DNA from: Piromyces finnis finn
Lineage: Eukaryota; Fungi; Neocallimastigomycota
Direction of reading: 5' to 3'
DNA: 64,000 nucleotides
Assembly (NCBI GenBank): GCA_002104945.1
Contig: MCFH01000002.1
Location: forward strand, 372,001 to 436,000
Both the position numbers and the translations under genes were made by a program. Positions 31,030 through 46,169 of the stretch are shown here, in pieces. Below the pieces are notes generated by a model. That model was given only the letters and a program-made list of their open reading frames with translations, was not told the DNA's origin and made no database searches. The stretch's first letter is position 1. Each line of letters opens with the position of its first letter.

Positions 31030-33720
31030 TTAATTTTTGACTTCTGCTTTTAAAGTTTCTTTTTCTGATGGTGTATATACTGGTTGAGTTATACCTGCTT
31101 TCCTTTGATAATACATCAACATTTTAAGAATATTATTTCTGGTACTCACACGATTAGAATTTATAATGGTATTAAGGATGGTTGGATTGACGCCTAATTG
31201 CTTAAGAAAAACAGTACCAGAAAGTTCTTTTTGAATTGTTTCACGTATACATTTTTCACGAAGTTCAAATTTAGCTAATAATTTTTTATCCATGGATTGA
31301 TTTTCATTAGCATTAAACATTATTTCATTCGCCTTGTCTGTGGAAGATGTTTTTGCAGTTACCACTCCAGTAAAAGTATCTGCAGGATTAGGATTGGTCT
31401 TCAAGATAGATTTTAATTCGTGTTTCTTTTGACTTTTTGGCGTATTGTAAAAAGCATCGGTAAAGTTAACCATTCTACTTTTAATAATTTCTGGAGTACG
31501 AGAACGCATGTAGACTTTCTTGGTTGGAATATAAAGGACACGACTAATATCCATGGTATAATTCAAATTATTATTATTTTCCCAATACTCTTGACCATTT
31601 ACACGATAGAAAGCTGCAAATTTAAGAGTACATTTATTAATGACATCATTGTCCCATTCTTCTCCAAGACTTTGACTGTATCTACGTCTACTCTTTAAGA
31701 AAGTATCCTCATCACTACTATCACCACCACGATCACTACCACGGTTAAAGAAATTATTATCATATTCCATGAAATCCATCATATAGGATGGAATATCTAT
31801 ATCGGCAACAAAACGATCCACAGATTGACTGACTACCTTAGAATCATCAGAATCATCAATACCAGTGGTGTTCTTTTCACGAGTGGAAGCATTAGGATAG
31901 ATTGAGGTAGAATCATGGAATTTCTTACTGATATAACTTGTGACGTTTAAGGAATTCAAGTATTTCGCTGAAATATCCTTACTGGTTAACCAATTATTAA
32001 AGGTATATCTAACACAAATTTCTTTATGATAGGCCAAGTTTTGGACTTGAATCACCACTCTAATTTTATCTTTTTCACCTGTAGCAAATAAAGGTAAGGT
32101 GGATGTGGATGGACCATAGGGAACATGACTTGGTCTAGATTTAAAGACACCATGTTCCTTTTTAACATCCGTATTCTTTATAAAGCTGGCTAAATGACCA
32201 TTTGATTTTTCTTTTTCTTCAATCAAGAGACCGGCTTTTTCAATTAATATTGGTTTTTTAATAATCATACGTTGTTTAAATTCGGTAAAGGTGGTTAAAT
32301 TACATCTTATTTCTAAGAATGGTTTTATTGTAGAATTGACTAAAAAGATAGGTGAAGTGGTCATGGATACTGGGGCTTCAAATCTTTTAAATGGACATTC
32401 TTCATTTTCACCACTAAATTTGACACTTTTTTGTTTTCTTACCACTTGTTTAGGTGATTCACGAGATAAAAGCATTTTTCTAGCATTTTCCTTGATAACC
32501 TTGGTCGATTCAAAATCTTCCTTGGTTAATAAAGATTTCTTAAGACCAAGGGTCATTGGAGAAGAAGACATCATTCTTCCAGAATCCAACATTTTTTCTT
32601 TTGGGGATAAAGAAAGTTGGCAGGAATATAAAGATTTTTGAAGTTCAATTTTTTCAGCAGATTTAGCATTAGCATGCATTTTTTCTGCCTCATGAACTTC
32701 TTGTTTCTTGAATACTATATCAGCAATGGTTTCGGTATCTAAAGATTTAAAATTATTTAAAGATTTTAATTTTGTGGTATCCTTGGTATCTTTGGTATTA
32801 CTTTCGATATTTTTAATACTATTGGCAGATTTAGTATTTTCTTTTTTTTCTTCTGAAAAATGATTCATTTCATCTTTGGTATTATCGATATTATTATTGA
32901 TATTATCATTGATGTTATTAGAATTGATATTGATATTATTATTGATATTATCATTGATGGTATTAGTATTGATATTGATATTATTATTGGTAGTGTTTGT
33001 GTTATTGTTGTTGTCGTTAACGTGGTTGTTGTTGTTGTTTTTGTTGTTAGTATTGTTATTATTGTCATTAATGTTGTTGTTAGATATGAAAACCTTGGAA
33101 AGCTGACTAGAAAGTTGAGATAATCCTTTTTCCTTTGTTTTATTTTCAAAATGATTCTTGATTGATTTTTTCATAAAGAAATCAGAAGGTTCTTGGGTAG
33201 GAATAGAATGATGATGATGATGAACAGAAGAGTTCACCACCTTATTTTTCATTGCTTTAATATCAATGAAATTATTGTCAAAAGAATTGAAACTATGATG
33301 ATTTGTAGGAGATGGACTAAATCTTAATGGGTCACTATTATTATTGACAGAATGAAAAACATCTTTAAAATTGGTATTGGTATTAAAATTATTAATAATA
33401 TTCTTTTCACTATTTGGACTACCACTACTCTCTTTGTAATTATTATTTACATTACTATAATTATTCCAGGAAGTAGTTTGAACTGTTTCACCATCCATTA
33501 ATTTTACTAAAGGACTATTCTTTTTCACAGGGGAAAGAGAATAAGAATTTAAATTCATTTTATTTAATGAATTTGGTGAAGAAGAAAGCATTTGGTATGT
33601 GCTTTCAAAATAGGATCTAGTTGGAGTATGATTTTGCTTTTCACCATTGAAAGGCATAATATTTGAATTTACTTTAACATCCATATGTTTTGGGCTGGAC
33701 ATTTGAAGAGAGATAGAATT

Positions 33721-33751
<31 letters not shown>

Positions 33752-33759
33752 ACTTCCAT
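31030..33759 (-). CDS. Protein phosphatase 1 glycogen-targeting regulatory subunit (Gac1/Gip2/PPP1R3-like) with RVxF motif and CBM21, intronless, 909 aa
   Basis: RVxF-type KSVKFS; CBM21 blocks IRVVIQVQNLAYHKEICVRYTFNNW and KFAAFYRVNGQEYWENNNNLNY; poly-Q and poly-N low-complexity N-terminus. Confidence 0.88.
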
Positions 33760-34031
33760 TATCGTAAAAAATTTTAATAAAAAAATTTTACTTTTCCTAA
33801 CAATATAAAAAATTGAATATCTTTTTTTTTTCCTTGTAGAGTTTTTTTTATATAAAATTTATTTTAACTTTTTTTTGTAAATACAATTATTATTATTACT
33901 TCTTTTAACAGTTTTTATATAGGTTTATTGGTTCTTTCTACTTTTTTTTTAATAAAGTTGAATAAATAGATAAAATTTTTTTTATTTGGTATTTAAAAAA
34001 TTATTAATTGATGAAATTTCTTTTATATACA

Positions 34032-34064
<33 letters not shown>

Positions 34065-37000
34065 GAAAAAATAATTTATTATATTAAATGTTGGTACTAT
34101 TTTTCATTTAAAAATAACAAATTATTATATTAATAATTATGATATTATTTTTTATCCTAAAAATTTGGATTTTTTTTTTTTTGGTTTTTTTTTTATGTGT
34201 TTATTTTACTTATTAAAATAAATAAATATATAATATAATTATTAATTAATACTCCGGCTTTTAAAATAATATATCAATTTTAACTTTATAAACTGATTTA
34301 CTATAGTTTAACTTTTTTTTTAAAATAAAAAAAAATTAGTGTTTAATGAATAAAAAAAATTCAATTTAATTCAATTGATATTTCTAAATTTAATAAAATC
34401 AGATAAGTTGTTTTATCTATTTTATATCTTATGGGTAAAATAAAAAAAAAAAAAACTAAAGTTATACTTTATATTACAGTATATATATATATATATATAT
34501 TATTTTTTAAAATAAAAAAAAATTGGTATATTTAATATTGTAATACTATTTAATGTATTTTTATTTTTAATAAAAAAAATTAGATATTTATTGGGTATTT
34601 ATATATATATAGATATAACTCAATTTTGCTTAAAGTTTGTTTGTTTGTTTATAGAATATTAATACTTTATATAGAGTAAGATAGAGTATTTATGTATTTT
34701 GTATTATTTTTAAAGTTTTCTTTTTTTTTATTTGTATATTTTTTTTGTTATAATTTATTATTATTATGTGTGTGTATATATATTGGTTGGTTGGTTAGTA
34801 TAAAATTATATATAAAAAAAAACTCCCTTTTTTTTTTTAATTGAAAATGACACCTCTTCTCCCTTCAAATGGTTCAAATTGTATTTTAAAACTAATTTGT
34901 CAAGCTATTATAACTCCAATTTCTCTTAAAAGAATATAATAAATGACTTGTTCATTATTTCTACTTTTTTTTTCTGAATATATTAGATTTAATAATTAAA
35001 ATGAATAAAAAAAAAAAGAAAAAAAAAAAACTATAAAAAAAAAAAAAAAAAAGGAATTTTACAAAAAGAAAATAATAAAAAAAAAGGAAAAACTTTCTTC
35101 TTTTATAAATTTTTTTTTTTTTTTAAATTAAATTAAATCTTTTTTAAATATAAAAATTTAATAAAAAGATTTTTTAATTTATTTTAATAATTGCGTAAAA
35201 AATAAAAAAAATTGAAAAATTAAAAATTGGATCTTTGACATTATACATATAATAATAATATATAATAAAACGTATTATATTATTTATTTTAATATATTAT
35301 ATATATATATATATTTATATTGATATTATATGGATCATTTTATTTGTTTGTTTGTTTTGTTTTTTGTTTTTTTTTTAATTTTACTCTTTCTGAAAAAAAT
35401 ATTTAAATATATTGGAGTATAATGTAATATGTAATATAATATATATTTTATATTGGCATAATAAAATAGAATTTTATATTTAGAATTTTTGATATTCTAT
35501 TGTAACAATAGAATAATTTATATTTAACCATTTAATTTATATTTATTACTATATATGTTTTATATATGTTTGTATTGAATTTAGAGTCTATTACAAATAA
35601 ATTATTTCAATTTTTAAGTTAATTATTCTTCTTTAAAACTTTAATAATTATAAAAATTAAATAATTAATTTTTTAAATAATTTAATTAATACTATAAATT
35701 GAATTTTTAATATATGTAATAATATAATGTATTATATGTATAATATTTATTAATTCATAAATTAATAATTAAATGGAAATCAATTGTAATTAAAATCCAA
35801 GGTTTAAAAAGTAAAAAAGGGAAATTTAAAATAGAAAAAAAGTAAAATAATGTATACGTAAAATAAATAAATAATCAATTATTAATTTATTAATACAATA
35901 TATTTACAATTAATTTATAATATATTTAAATACATTTGTAATGTATTACATAGTTGAAGAAAAAAACTTTAAAAATTTTAAAGGTTTAAAATTATCTTAA
36001 AATAAAAGGTTAAAAAAAAAAAGTCAAGCTATAATTATAAATGGCAATAATACGACGATGACTATCGTAAAATAAAATAAACTTTTGAACGATTGAACTA
36101 TTCCATCCTTTATTTTCTTTCTATTTCAAAAGGTTTTTATTTTTTCTGTAAAATCATTTTTTATCAAATCAAAATCGTTTTGTGTTATGATTTTCTGTAT
36201 AAAAAACTTTTTTGAAAAGAAATTTAACCACCACCACAAAACCAAACCAAACCACAAAATTTTAAAAGGCAATAATTAAAAAAAAAACCTTTTTTTTTTT
36301 TACTTTACATTTTAATTAAAAAAATATTTTAATTCATTTAATTGTGGTTCTATAGTATCATTCTATAGAAATAGCAATATAGTCATATAGTCATGCTACA
36401 ATGATATCATATAATCATGTAGTAATAGAGTAATTGGATAATGATTATGTAAAGCAATTTAGTAATAATGTAAAAACTTGTAAAACAATGGTTAGGAATA
36501 GTAATAATAATGATAAAATGATAAAAATAAATAGTACAATTGTACAAGTATATATTTATATATATATATAACTTTATTTCATAATTTTAAACTTTTTTTT
36601 TTTTTTTTGAATAATTTATCCTTCCAAAAAATTATCATAAAAAGTTAAAGTTATTATGGATCTATTAAATCTTGAAAAAAAAAACGGTTTGCCTTTTTCT
36701 TAATGGATACTCTATAAATTATAATATAATTTACTTTCTTTTAAAAAAGGAAAATTTAAAAAAATTTATTATTCATAGTATTTAGCAAGAATGGATAAAA
36801 AAAAAAAGGCATAATCTTAATAAATAATCATTGTGTATTTTATTCATGATTTATTATTTATTTCTGTTAAAAGTAATACTAATATTAACAACAATTAATA
36901 ATACTAATACTAATAATACTAATAAACATAATAATAATAATCTATTTTTTTTTTCGTATATACGAAAATAAAGTAAATTAAATTTAATTCTTTTTTTTTT

Positions 37001-40000
37001 ATATATATATTTCATTTTATTTCATTTTTATTATTTAATTCTAGATAAGATGGCATGAACCAAACACAATAAGAAATGTGTAAATTTAATAAAATACTGC
37101 TTTTTTTTTTTTTTTTACAGCATCTTAAATTTTATTCGTTTACCGTAACCATGACACTTTATTACTCAGAATGAAATAAAAAATAATGATAATAATAATA
37201 ATAATAATTTTATATTATTCATTTAAAATTAAACCAAAATTAAATTCATAAAACTTGCATTTAATTAAAAAATATATATTTTTATTTATTTTCTGTATAT
37301 TAAATAAAAAAAAATACAGGAATTTTTTTTTCATTACACTAATTCTTTTCTTTCTTTCTTTCCTTTCTTTCTGTTTCATCTTCAAGGTTGATCTGTTTAG
37401 ATTATTTAAACTTTTATTCTTTCTATAACAATATATCATTATTGAATGGAGTGAATATATATTTATTATTATAAATTTAATTTTTTATGCTTAATTGTCT
37501 TGATTTTTTAAATTATTATTGAATGATTATTGTATCTTTAATGCCAATAATTTTTAATATAAATTCAAACTTTTTAATTAATAAATGAAAAAGTGAACTT
37601 TATTATCACAATACTAATGAAAAATCATCATCATTATTAATAATTATCATGAATAATAAAAGTTGACCCAACACACACGCCAAACCTTTTTTTTTCGTTT
37701 CTTTTTTTTTTGTAAAATTTTAATTTCATTTAATTAATATTATTTATATTGAATCTATTGTATACATATATTATGAATATATTATACATATATTATTAAT
37801 TTAAATTTGATCTTTTAAATTAATTAAATTTAAATCTTTAATTAAAAAAAAAAAAGGTAGAGATTGTAAATATTCTTTTTTCTATGATGATAATGATAAT
37901 GATTATTGATGAAATAATATTATAAAACGACTTTAATTCATTCTATTTATTATTTATTATTTATGATGATTTTGATAAAAGTAAAATGCAAACTTCCTTT
38001 TTTTTTTCTGTGAATTTTAATATGAATTAAATTGGTTAAATTAAAAAAATTTAAACTTTTTTAGATTTTATAATGTAAAAAATATTAATATAAAAGGTTG
38101 ACTTTTATGGTATTAATTAAAAATTAATACAAAAAAAAAAAAAAAAATGGCCATAAAAAAAACTTTAGAATGTAAATATTCATTATATAGTTGTATTTTG
38201 AAGAGTGTAGAATGTATGATTAGATTATGTTAGTAAGAACTATACCATTTAACTCTTTGAAATAAAAAATAGCTTTTTTTTTTAAGTAGGATAGATAAAT
38301 AAAATTAAAAATAATCAATATAAAACTTTATATTATTTTATATGGAATTAAAATAATGAAATTAAAGTATCATTATTATTTAATTAAACTCATAAAACTT
38401 AATTAAACCTTTTTTGATAAAAAAAAAAGTAATATTTTTGTGTTTTATTAAAAAAAAAAGGGTAATTGAAATATAAAATAAATAAAAATAATTAATAAAA
38501 ATTAATAGTAATAATAAATATTAATTCTATTAAAAGTAACAATATGTAACAAATAAATAAATATTTTTAAAATTAAGAGATTGGTTAATGTAAAAAAAAA
38601 AAAAGTACTGTATAACAAATAACAATACTGTATAAAACGTTCGATGTACATTATATTGATCGATGAAATTAAAAAAAAATTAGAGCCTCTATCCTATAGA
38701 TTATTACAAATTTTTGATATAAAGTTTAATTATTAATAAAATAATATATAAATTTGGCTGACTCTGAAAAAAAAAAAAAAAAAGCGTATATGTAAGAATT
38801 ACACTTGTTATATGACAATATGACAAATTATAACCAAAATTATAATTTTATAAAGAGTATTTTTATATATCATAAAAGATTTATAGTGTTATCATTTAAT
38901 TAAAATAGATTTTTTGTAGATAATATATATATATATATAGAAATGGGAATTAACATTATTGAGCGTATTAATATATCAATGATAAAAAAAAATTTGGATT
39001 AATGAAGGAATGGTTTATATTGGTTAAAATTATTTATGAATAAATTTTAATCAATATTCATAATTAAATGTATATATAAAAGAATGAATCAATAATAATA
39101 ATAAAAAAAAAATATACTAGGACAGTATAGATTATTATTTACATTTTGTATCTAAATCAATACCTATTATATATATTAAATAATTTATTATTACTACCAC
39201 TATACTACAACTATTATTATGATGATGGTGATTTCTATTATAAAAGTAATGAATAATCATTGAATCATCAATAATAATTACTCTTTTCCTTTAAATTCAT
39301 TGGATAAAACCAATTTGAAGTTAAAACATTTTTTATTAAATAAAATAAAAAAAAAAGCTTATTTATTTTATAATGTTTCACTTCAAATATCTAAAAAAGG
39401 TTTAATATTTATTATTTTGACAGACAACGACGCGCTAACAATTAATTAATATAAAATGTGAATCATACCATAAAAAAAAAGATTAATTAGATAAGGTTGA
39501 CTATAAAAAAAAATCTGTAAAAAATGATTAGTTACAAAAAGAATTCATAAAGTTTTTTTTTTTTTAAAAAAAAAAAGATGGTCCATCTTTGAATATTTCT
39601 AGTATAGTTTATTACAATTTTATTATATTTATTCTATCATCTATTGTATTTTTTTTATAAAGTTTTTTGAATGGATAAATGGCAAAATAGGTGTATATGA
39701 ATTTTGGATAGCTTTTTACTTTTAATAATTATAATACTCTTTAAAAAAGTTTTTTTTTTTTTTTTTTTTAAAAAATTATTTATCTAAATATACTTTATAA
39801 TAGAGTTTTTTTATTTTTTTATTAATAATACATTCATACATTCTATTAATAACCACCAGTCATTATATTCCTAATCCATTTATTATTTTTATATAGAAAA
39901 AATTATTATTTAACCAATTTATAAAAAGTTATTATATAATTAATTTTTAATCCATATTGATATTTATTTATATATACATACATACATTTCATGCATTTAT

Positions 40001-40655
40001 TTGTTTTTAAAAGAAGTATTTATCAAAACTATAAAAATAATATTTTTAAAAAAAATTAATAATTATCATTTTCCCTTATTTTTTTATTATTAGATTACAA
40101 TGAAACACAAGAAATACAGAAAATTATATTTACTAATAATCTAGTTGACTTTTTTTTTTTCTGAAAAATGGGATTCTTTTTTTATAAAAAATTTTTTTAG
40201 AATTATTTTTCCATAGCTTTTATTGTATATATTAATTTAATTTTATATATAATGCACAGAAGAGGATACTTTTTTTTTTTTTTAAAAAAAAAGAAACTGT
40301 ATTTACCTTAATATATAATAAAATAAATAGTATATATTATGATTTAATGCATATAATGTATTTGGATATGCATAATTTATTTAAAAATAATAATAAAATT
40401 GAAATCTATAACAAAACTTTATATTAATAATAAATGATAAATAATAATAATGCCACTATCATTATTAATAATAAATAATATTTAATATTATTTATTAACA
40501 TTCTTTCCTAAAAATATTAACATAATCCATTGAATAATTATATTTTTGTATTTTTTTTTAAATAAAAGATGAAAAAGGTATTCATGTTTGCTTTAAAAAT
40601 CAAACATATTAAAATACAATATCAATAATAAATCAATATCATAGGAAATAAGTTC

Positions 40656-40687
<32 letters not shown>

Positions 40688-41788
40688 TGGTAGTGATATT
40701 ATCATTTATCATTTATTATTAATAATAAAAGTGGCAGTATTACTATTATTTATTATATACCATACAACTTTTAATTTCAATTTAAATAGTTATAATTAGA
40801 AATATTAAATATGTATTTTTTTTTAAAAAAAAAATTCTTAAAAAAACTATACTATATTTAGTGTATTATCCATAAATATTAAACACTGAAAAATAGTTTA
40901 TCTTTTTACTTTTCTTAATCATTTTATAAAATTATAATAATAAATATTTTTCAAAAGATGTAAAGGAAATATAAAAAGAATATAGATATTTTATATACAT
41001 TATATATATTTATTTATATTTTTTTTTTTTAAAAAAAAAGAAAAGTATAAATATTTTAATAACTTAATCAATAACTTTAAATTTTAGATAAACTTGTAAT
41101 TAAAAAAAGATTAACATTTATTATAAAAACTATATTTTTATTCGTTGTTAGTTGAGATGTTAAACTAACTTTAAATATTCTATATAAAATATATAAAAGG
41201 TTATTATATAATCAATATTAAAAGTAATATTAAATATCCTTTTGTATTTTATACATTTTTTATATTCTATACAATTTCTCTATACATTTCCTTTTTCTTT
41301 TTTTTAATACAAAAAATAGATAACAAACATTTTTAATTGGTGATTTTTTTTCTTTTATTCTTTATATAATAACTAGTTTTTTTATATTATCTTATAAACA
41401 AAATTAAAAAAAAAAAGAGGTAGGAACAATATATATATATATATATATATAACTACTTTTTTTTATTATTATAAAAAATGTATAAAAGTTTTTTATTTAA
41501 AAAAAAAAGGGATTAGTTTTAACCTTGATCCTTTTTTTTTTTTTTTTTTGTTTGTTTGTTTGTTTTAAATATAAAACAAAAATTTAATTTTATTCCTATT
41601 AAATTTTCAATCATATAATTTTCAAGAGAATTTATAGAAAATGAAGAATATATTTATTACTGAACTATTTTTTTTTTTCACAACCCCTTTTAACATTTAA
41701 TATTGAGGCATGATTTATGAAATATCATATTATTAATATTGTAAGTTTTATCCTATCCATTTGTTATATATGAATAGAATCAAGGAAG

Positions 41789-41882
41789 ATGCCTCAATAC
41801 CTTTTTTTTTTTTTTTAATTCTATTCTTATATGGATATGTTTCATATAAGAATAGAATTAAAAAAAAAAAGTATTGAGGTAT
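41789..41882. repeat. Near-perfect inverted repeat (about 40-bp arms, 5-nt loop) with a third partial copy at 41701-41711
   Basis: ATGCCTCAATAC-C-T15-AATTCTATTCTTATATGGA / TTCATATAAGAATAGAATT-A11-GTATTGAGGTAT; TATTGAGGCAT at 41701. Confidence 0.9.
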
Positions 41883-43216
41883 TAATGTAGATTTAAGGAT
41901 TATACCACTAAAACTAAATACTATATATATTACATATATGTACTTTTATGAAATAGAAATATAAAAACTGTTATCTTTTTATTTCCTTTCACCTTTCATA
42001 TGACACTTTTTTTTTTATTTCATTTCATCCTCATTTTCAAGAAAAATTCAATTTATATATAAAATAAAATTTGATGTGACATCCTCTTGTGTACATTGTA
42101 TACATTGTATACATAAACTTTTTAACCAATAAAAGTATGTAAAATAATAAAATCATATTCGTGCTTCATATTTTCTATACTGATGCATTTCAAGTTCACG
42201 TTTTTTTTTTTAAAAAAAAAAAAAAGATTCCATTAACATTTTTATTTTATTTAAAATGAATTAATAAAAAAAAAGAAACGTTATATAAAAGACAAAAAAA
42301 AAGAAAAGAAAATAAATATAAACTATTTCTTTTAATTCTTTTTTTTTTTTTTCAAAATCAAAAAAATTATAATAAAAAAAAAGAAATTTTCAAGCCATAT
42401 ATTTTTCTTTAATCTATCCAATGATTATCATACTATTTTATGTATTAACAGTATAATTTTTAAGCCTAAATTTATTTTCATTTATTATTAATATTTTTTA
42501 TCAAAATGTATTATTTCATTAAATACGCCATAAATTCTATTTCATAAATTTTAATTTTACATATTTTTATGTTTAAAGATTTACCAGTCATATTCTTTTT
42601 TGTAATAATTCTTGTTATTTTTATTTCATTTTAATAGTTTTTAAAGTTTTAAATAATATTAATTAATAATAATAATAATATTTAATAATAAATAATATTT
42701 AATAATATTAATTAATAATAACAAAACAAAATTTTTAAAGGGAAATAAAAATGGAAAAAAAAAATATAATTAATTAATTATTATTAATTTTTTTTTCCAT
42801 TTATATTTCCCTTTAAAATTCCAATTTTTTTTTTTTTTTTTTTTTAAAACAAGGAAAAAGAAAAAAGAAATCAAAATTTATTATAATAAAAATAAATAAA
42901 AATAAATAAAAGTCGATCTTTATAAGGTTTTCACTTTTTGATAAAGGTATTTTTACTTTTTTTTTTTTTTTTTTTATATAAACATTGGTTGATAACAATT
43001 TTAGTTTAATGAACAATATACCCAAAGTTTTAATAGTAATTCATTAAAGTTGTTTATCTATACTTTATAATTTATGATTTAAATAAAGGTTTTTTTTTTT
43101 TTTTTTTAAATAGTAAATGAAATAGTTTATATATTTTTATATTACTTTTATAATACCTTTTTTTAAAAGTTTGTTTAATCTTCCATTAATATAATTTGTA
43201 TTAATGAAATATGTAT

Positions 43217-43332
<116 letters not shown>

Positions 43333-43675
43333 AGAAAAAACATGTATAGATAGGTGTAAAAAATATTAGTATAGATGGATAATTTTTAAAAATATTATTT
43401 TACTAACTTTTTTTTTTATAAATATTATTGGTATTTCTATTATCTTAAATCAATTATTACAAAAAAAAATAGTTATAATTTTAAAAAGGATCATACAAAA
43501 ATTTATTTACTATAATACTTGTTAAAAGAAAAAACAATAATAATAATAATTTTTTTTTCTTAAAGTCTTTTGAATAAATAAAGTAAAAATAAAACACAAC
43601 CAAACAAAAGAAAAATAAAAAAACTTTATAAAATAATTATTTTATCAGTAATAACAATAAAAAAAATTAGCCAAA

Positions 43676-45460
43676 ATGATGATGATAAGCGGTTTGATAC
43701 TTCTTTTCACTTTATTTGCCCAAGTTTTCGGTCAACAAAAAGCATCTAGTTGTTATAAACCAGAATCTTATTCAAGATATGCTGATAAGGGTGCTATTTC
43801 TATTTTACCAGAAAGTAGTATGATTTGTTCTAAACACGGTTTAATAATGGATTTATGTGAAGAAATGGAAATTAGATTAGTTGAATTACGTTACTACCCA
43901 CGTATTCCATACAACGCTACTGTTTCTATTACTTTCTATAATGAAGATGAAAGTGAATTTGTTACTTATGACGCTCTTACTACTAGTAATGTTAAGGGTC
44001 CATCTCAAGTAATTATGGCTTTAAAATTACTCTATCTATAAATATTTTATTAGGTTATGATAATATTAGGTGTATCAAAAGTTATATTATTGAAGAATAT
44101 AGTAACACACACACACAAAAAAAAAGGGTGTGAGGACAATATATTTAAATATTAAGATCAATTCATAGGAGGAAATAATTCAAATATACGGATTTTTTTT
44201 AAAAGTGATTCAATAATTGCTATCCTTTTTTTTTTTTAAAAAAAGATAAAAATATTGATATATTATTCCCTTTTTTTCATCAATAATAATATGTGACATA
44301 CTAGGATACGATGACATTATTAAAAATTAGAATTAAAAAGGATAAAGGATAAAAATGATGATACTTTGATTTATTAAATGAAATAACCTAATAAAATATT
44401 AATGATTCATTTATAGTTTAGAATCAATATAAATGGTTAAAAAATCATTTTTGACCATCTTTTATATTTCATTTGATGATTTAATCCATATTTATTCATT
44501 ATGCTCTTTACTAATTTACATCTTCCTTTATAATATATATTCAAATTTTATAGTTTTTCCACGTCCCAGAAGAAAATATAATATCCAAGGTTAAAAAAAT
44601 TAATATTATTTTACCGGATGAATTCTGTGGTAGAACTCTTGATAGTGATGAAGAAAAAACTTTATTCTTTGCTTTCATTGGCCGTTTAACAAAGAGTATA
44701 TATTACTTTTTTTTTTTTTTTGTCCCATTATATATATATATATATAAAAATCAAAGGAATAATAGAAAGGTATTCATAATGATAATATTTTAAATATTTT
44801 ATATAGATGATATTCCAGATTACGTTCCATCTCTTAGTACTGATAAGCAATATGCTGAAAATGAACTTGTTAGTATGCTTTTTTTTTTATTATAAAATAA
44901 AAATAGTATAAAGAATATAGGCATAGACATATAGATATAAAATAAAAATGACATAAAGAATATAGGCATAGACATAAAATAAAACAAAACTTAATTTTTA
45001 TAAAATGTAATATTAATGAATTGTTGTATAAATTTTTAAATTTTTATCAAAACTGTAACAATAGGATAATGCTTGTAACAATGAATTTGATTCCCTTCCA
45101 TTAAATTTCCTTGTTCCAGCTGAAATGAGAAATTCTCTTTTCATTGATATTCAAAACATTCATAGTCGTCAACAAGATTTCATGACTAAAGTTGGCATGG
45201 GTATTAAGTTATTCTTAAAACAAAAGGATCAAAATGATATTGATAATGAATGTCGTGGTTACTTATACATTATGGCATTAAACCAATGTGATATTGCTCG
45301 TTCTAAGCATGCTGATTATGAAAATAGATTTGGTGCTGAATATAAGCCATTACCAAATTATATAACTGATCTTATTAGAAAATTAGAACCAGAAACTTTA
45401 CCAAAAACTTTAACTCAATGTGTAAAAGATTTAAAGATTATCAATTCTTCTGAAGATTAA
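43676..45460 (+). CDS. Secreted protein of unknown function, about 310 aa, at least 4 exons
   Basis: Signal peptide MMMISGLILLFTLFAQVFG; exons about 43676-44008, 44554-44695, 44808-44869, 45065-45460 splice in frame at GT-AG (KGPSQ|FFHVPEE...GRLTK|NDIPDY...ENEL|DNACNNEF...NSSED*). A small extra exon near 44055-44101 cannot be excluded. Confidence 0.72.
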
Positions 45461-46169
45461 ATTTGAAGGAAAGGAAAAAAGAAAAAAAAAAAAAACAGCA
45501 ACTTTTTTTTCGTTCATTTATTATTATTTTTTTTTAGAATGATTAATTTTTATAAAACTTTATATACAAATATTTTTTTTTTTTAAGATGTATAAAATAT
45601 AAATCATTTATATCTTTTTTTTCTTTTTTTTTATAATTCAAGCAAATAATATTAAAAATAGTAAAAAAAAAAAAAATTATCATAGTCTTTATAATGAAAA
45701 GAAAAAAAAAAACAAATAAAAAAAGTTAATAATACAAAAAAAAAAATAAAATAAAATAAAAATATAATAAAAAAAAACTATAAAAATATCTTTTTTTTTT
45801 TTTTTTTTTTCATTTCTTCTTTCTATTCAAATGATAAATTAAGGTTGTTATTGTTAAATCAACCTTTTTTTTAAGGTTGCTTTGTAGCCTCTCAAAAAAT
45901 TAATTTTTTTTTATTAATAAAAAGATTTTTGTTTTATAATTTATTTTTTATATATTTATATATAATTTATATATAAAAAATTTATATCAATTTATTCATA
46001 TTTATTTTATTTTTTATAAAATAAAAAAAATAAAAAAAGAAAAAGAAAAATCTTAAAAATAGAGCCATCTCAAAATTATTTAAAATATAATAATAATAAC
46101 AATAATAGGAATCAATTTTTTTTTTTTTTAATAAACATTTTAAAATTTGAAATTTACAATTACAAATAG

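Noticed and set aside
31420-33149. Antisense and alternate-frame ORFs inside the PP1-subunit gene
   Set aside because: Shadows of the long ORF and its poly-Asn tract.
37045-37200. Acceptor-like T16ACAG with flanking GC-containing sequence suggesting small exons
   Set aside because: All splice combinations stop within about 20 codons and no upstream start exon was found.
42072-42184. Possible C/D snoRNA (TGATGTGA ... CTGA)
   Set aside because: Box C is imperfect, there is no terminal stem, and no recognisable rRNA guide.
44909-44976. 23-bp direct repeat TAAAGAATATAGGCATAGACATA
   Set aside because: Two copies inside an intron; ordinary slippage duplication, not a CRISPR-like array.
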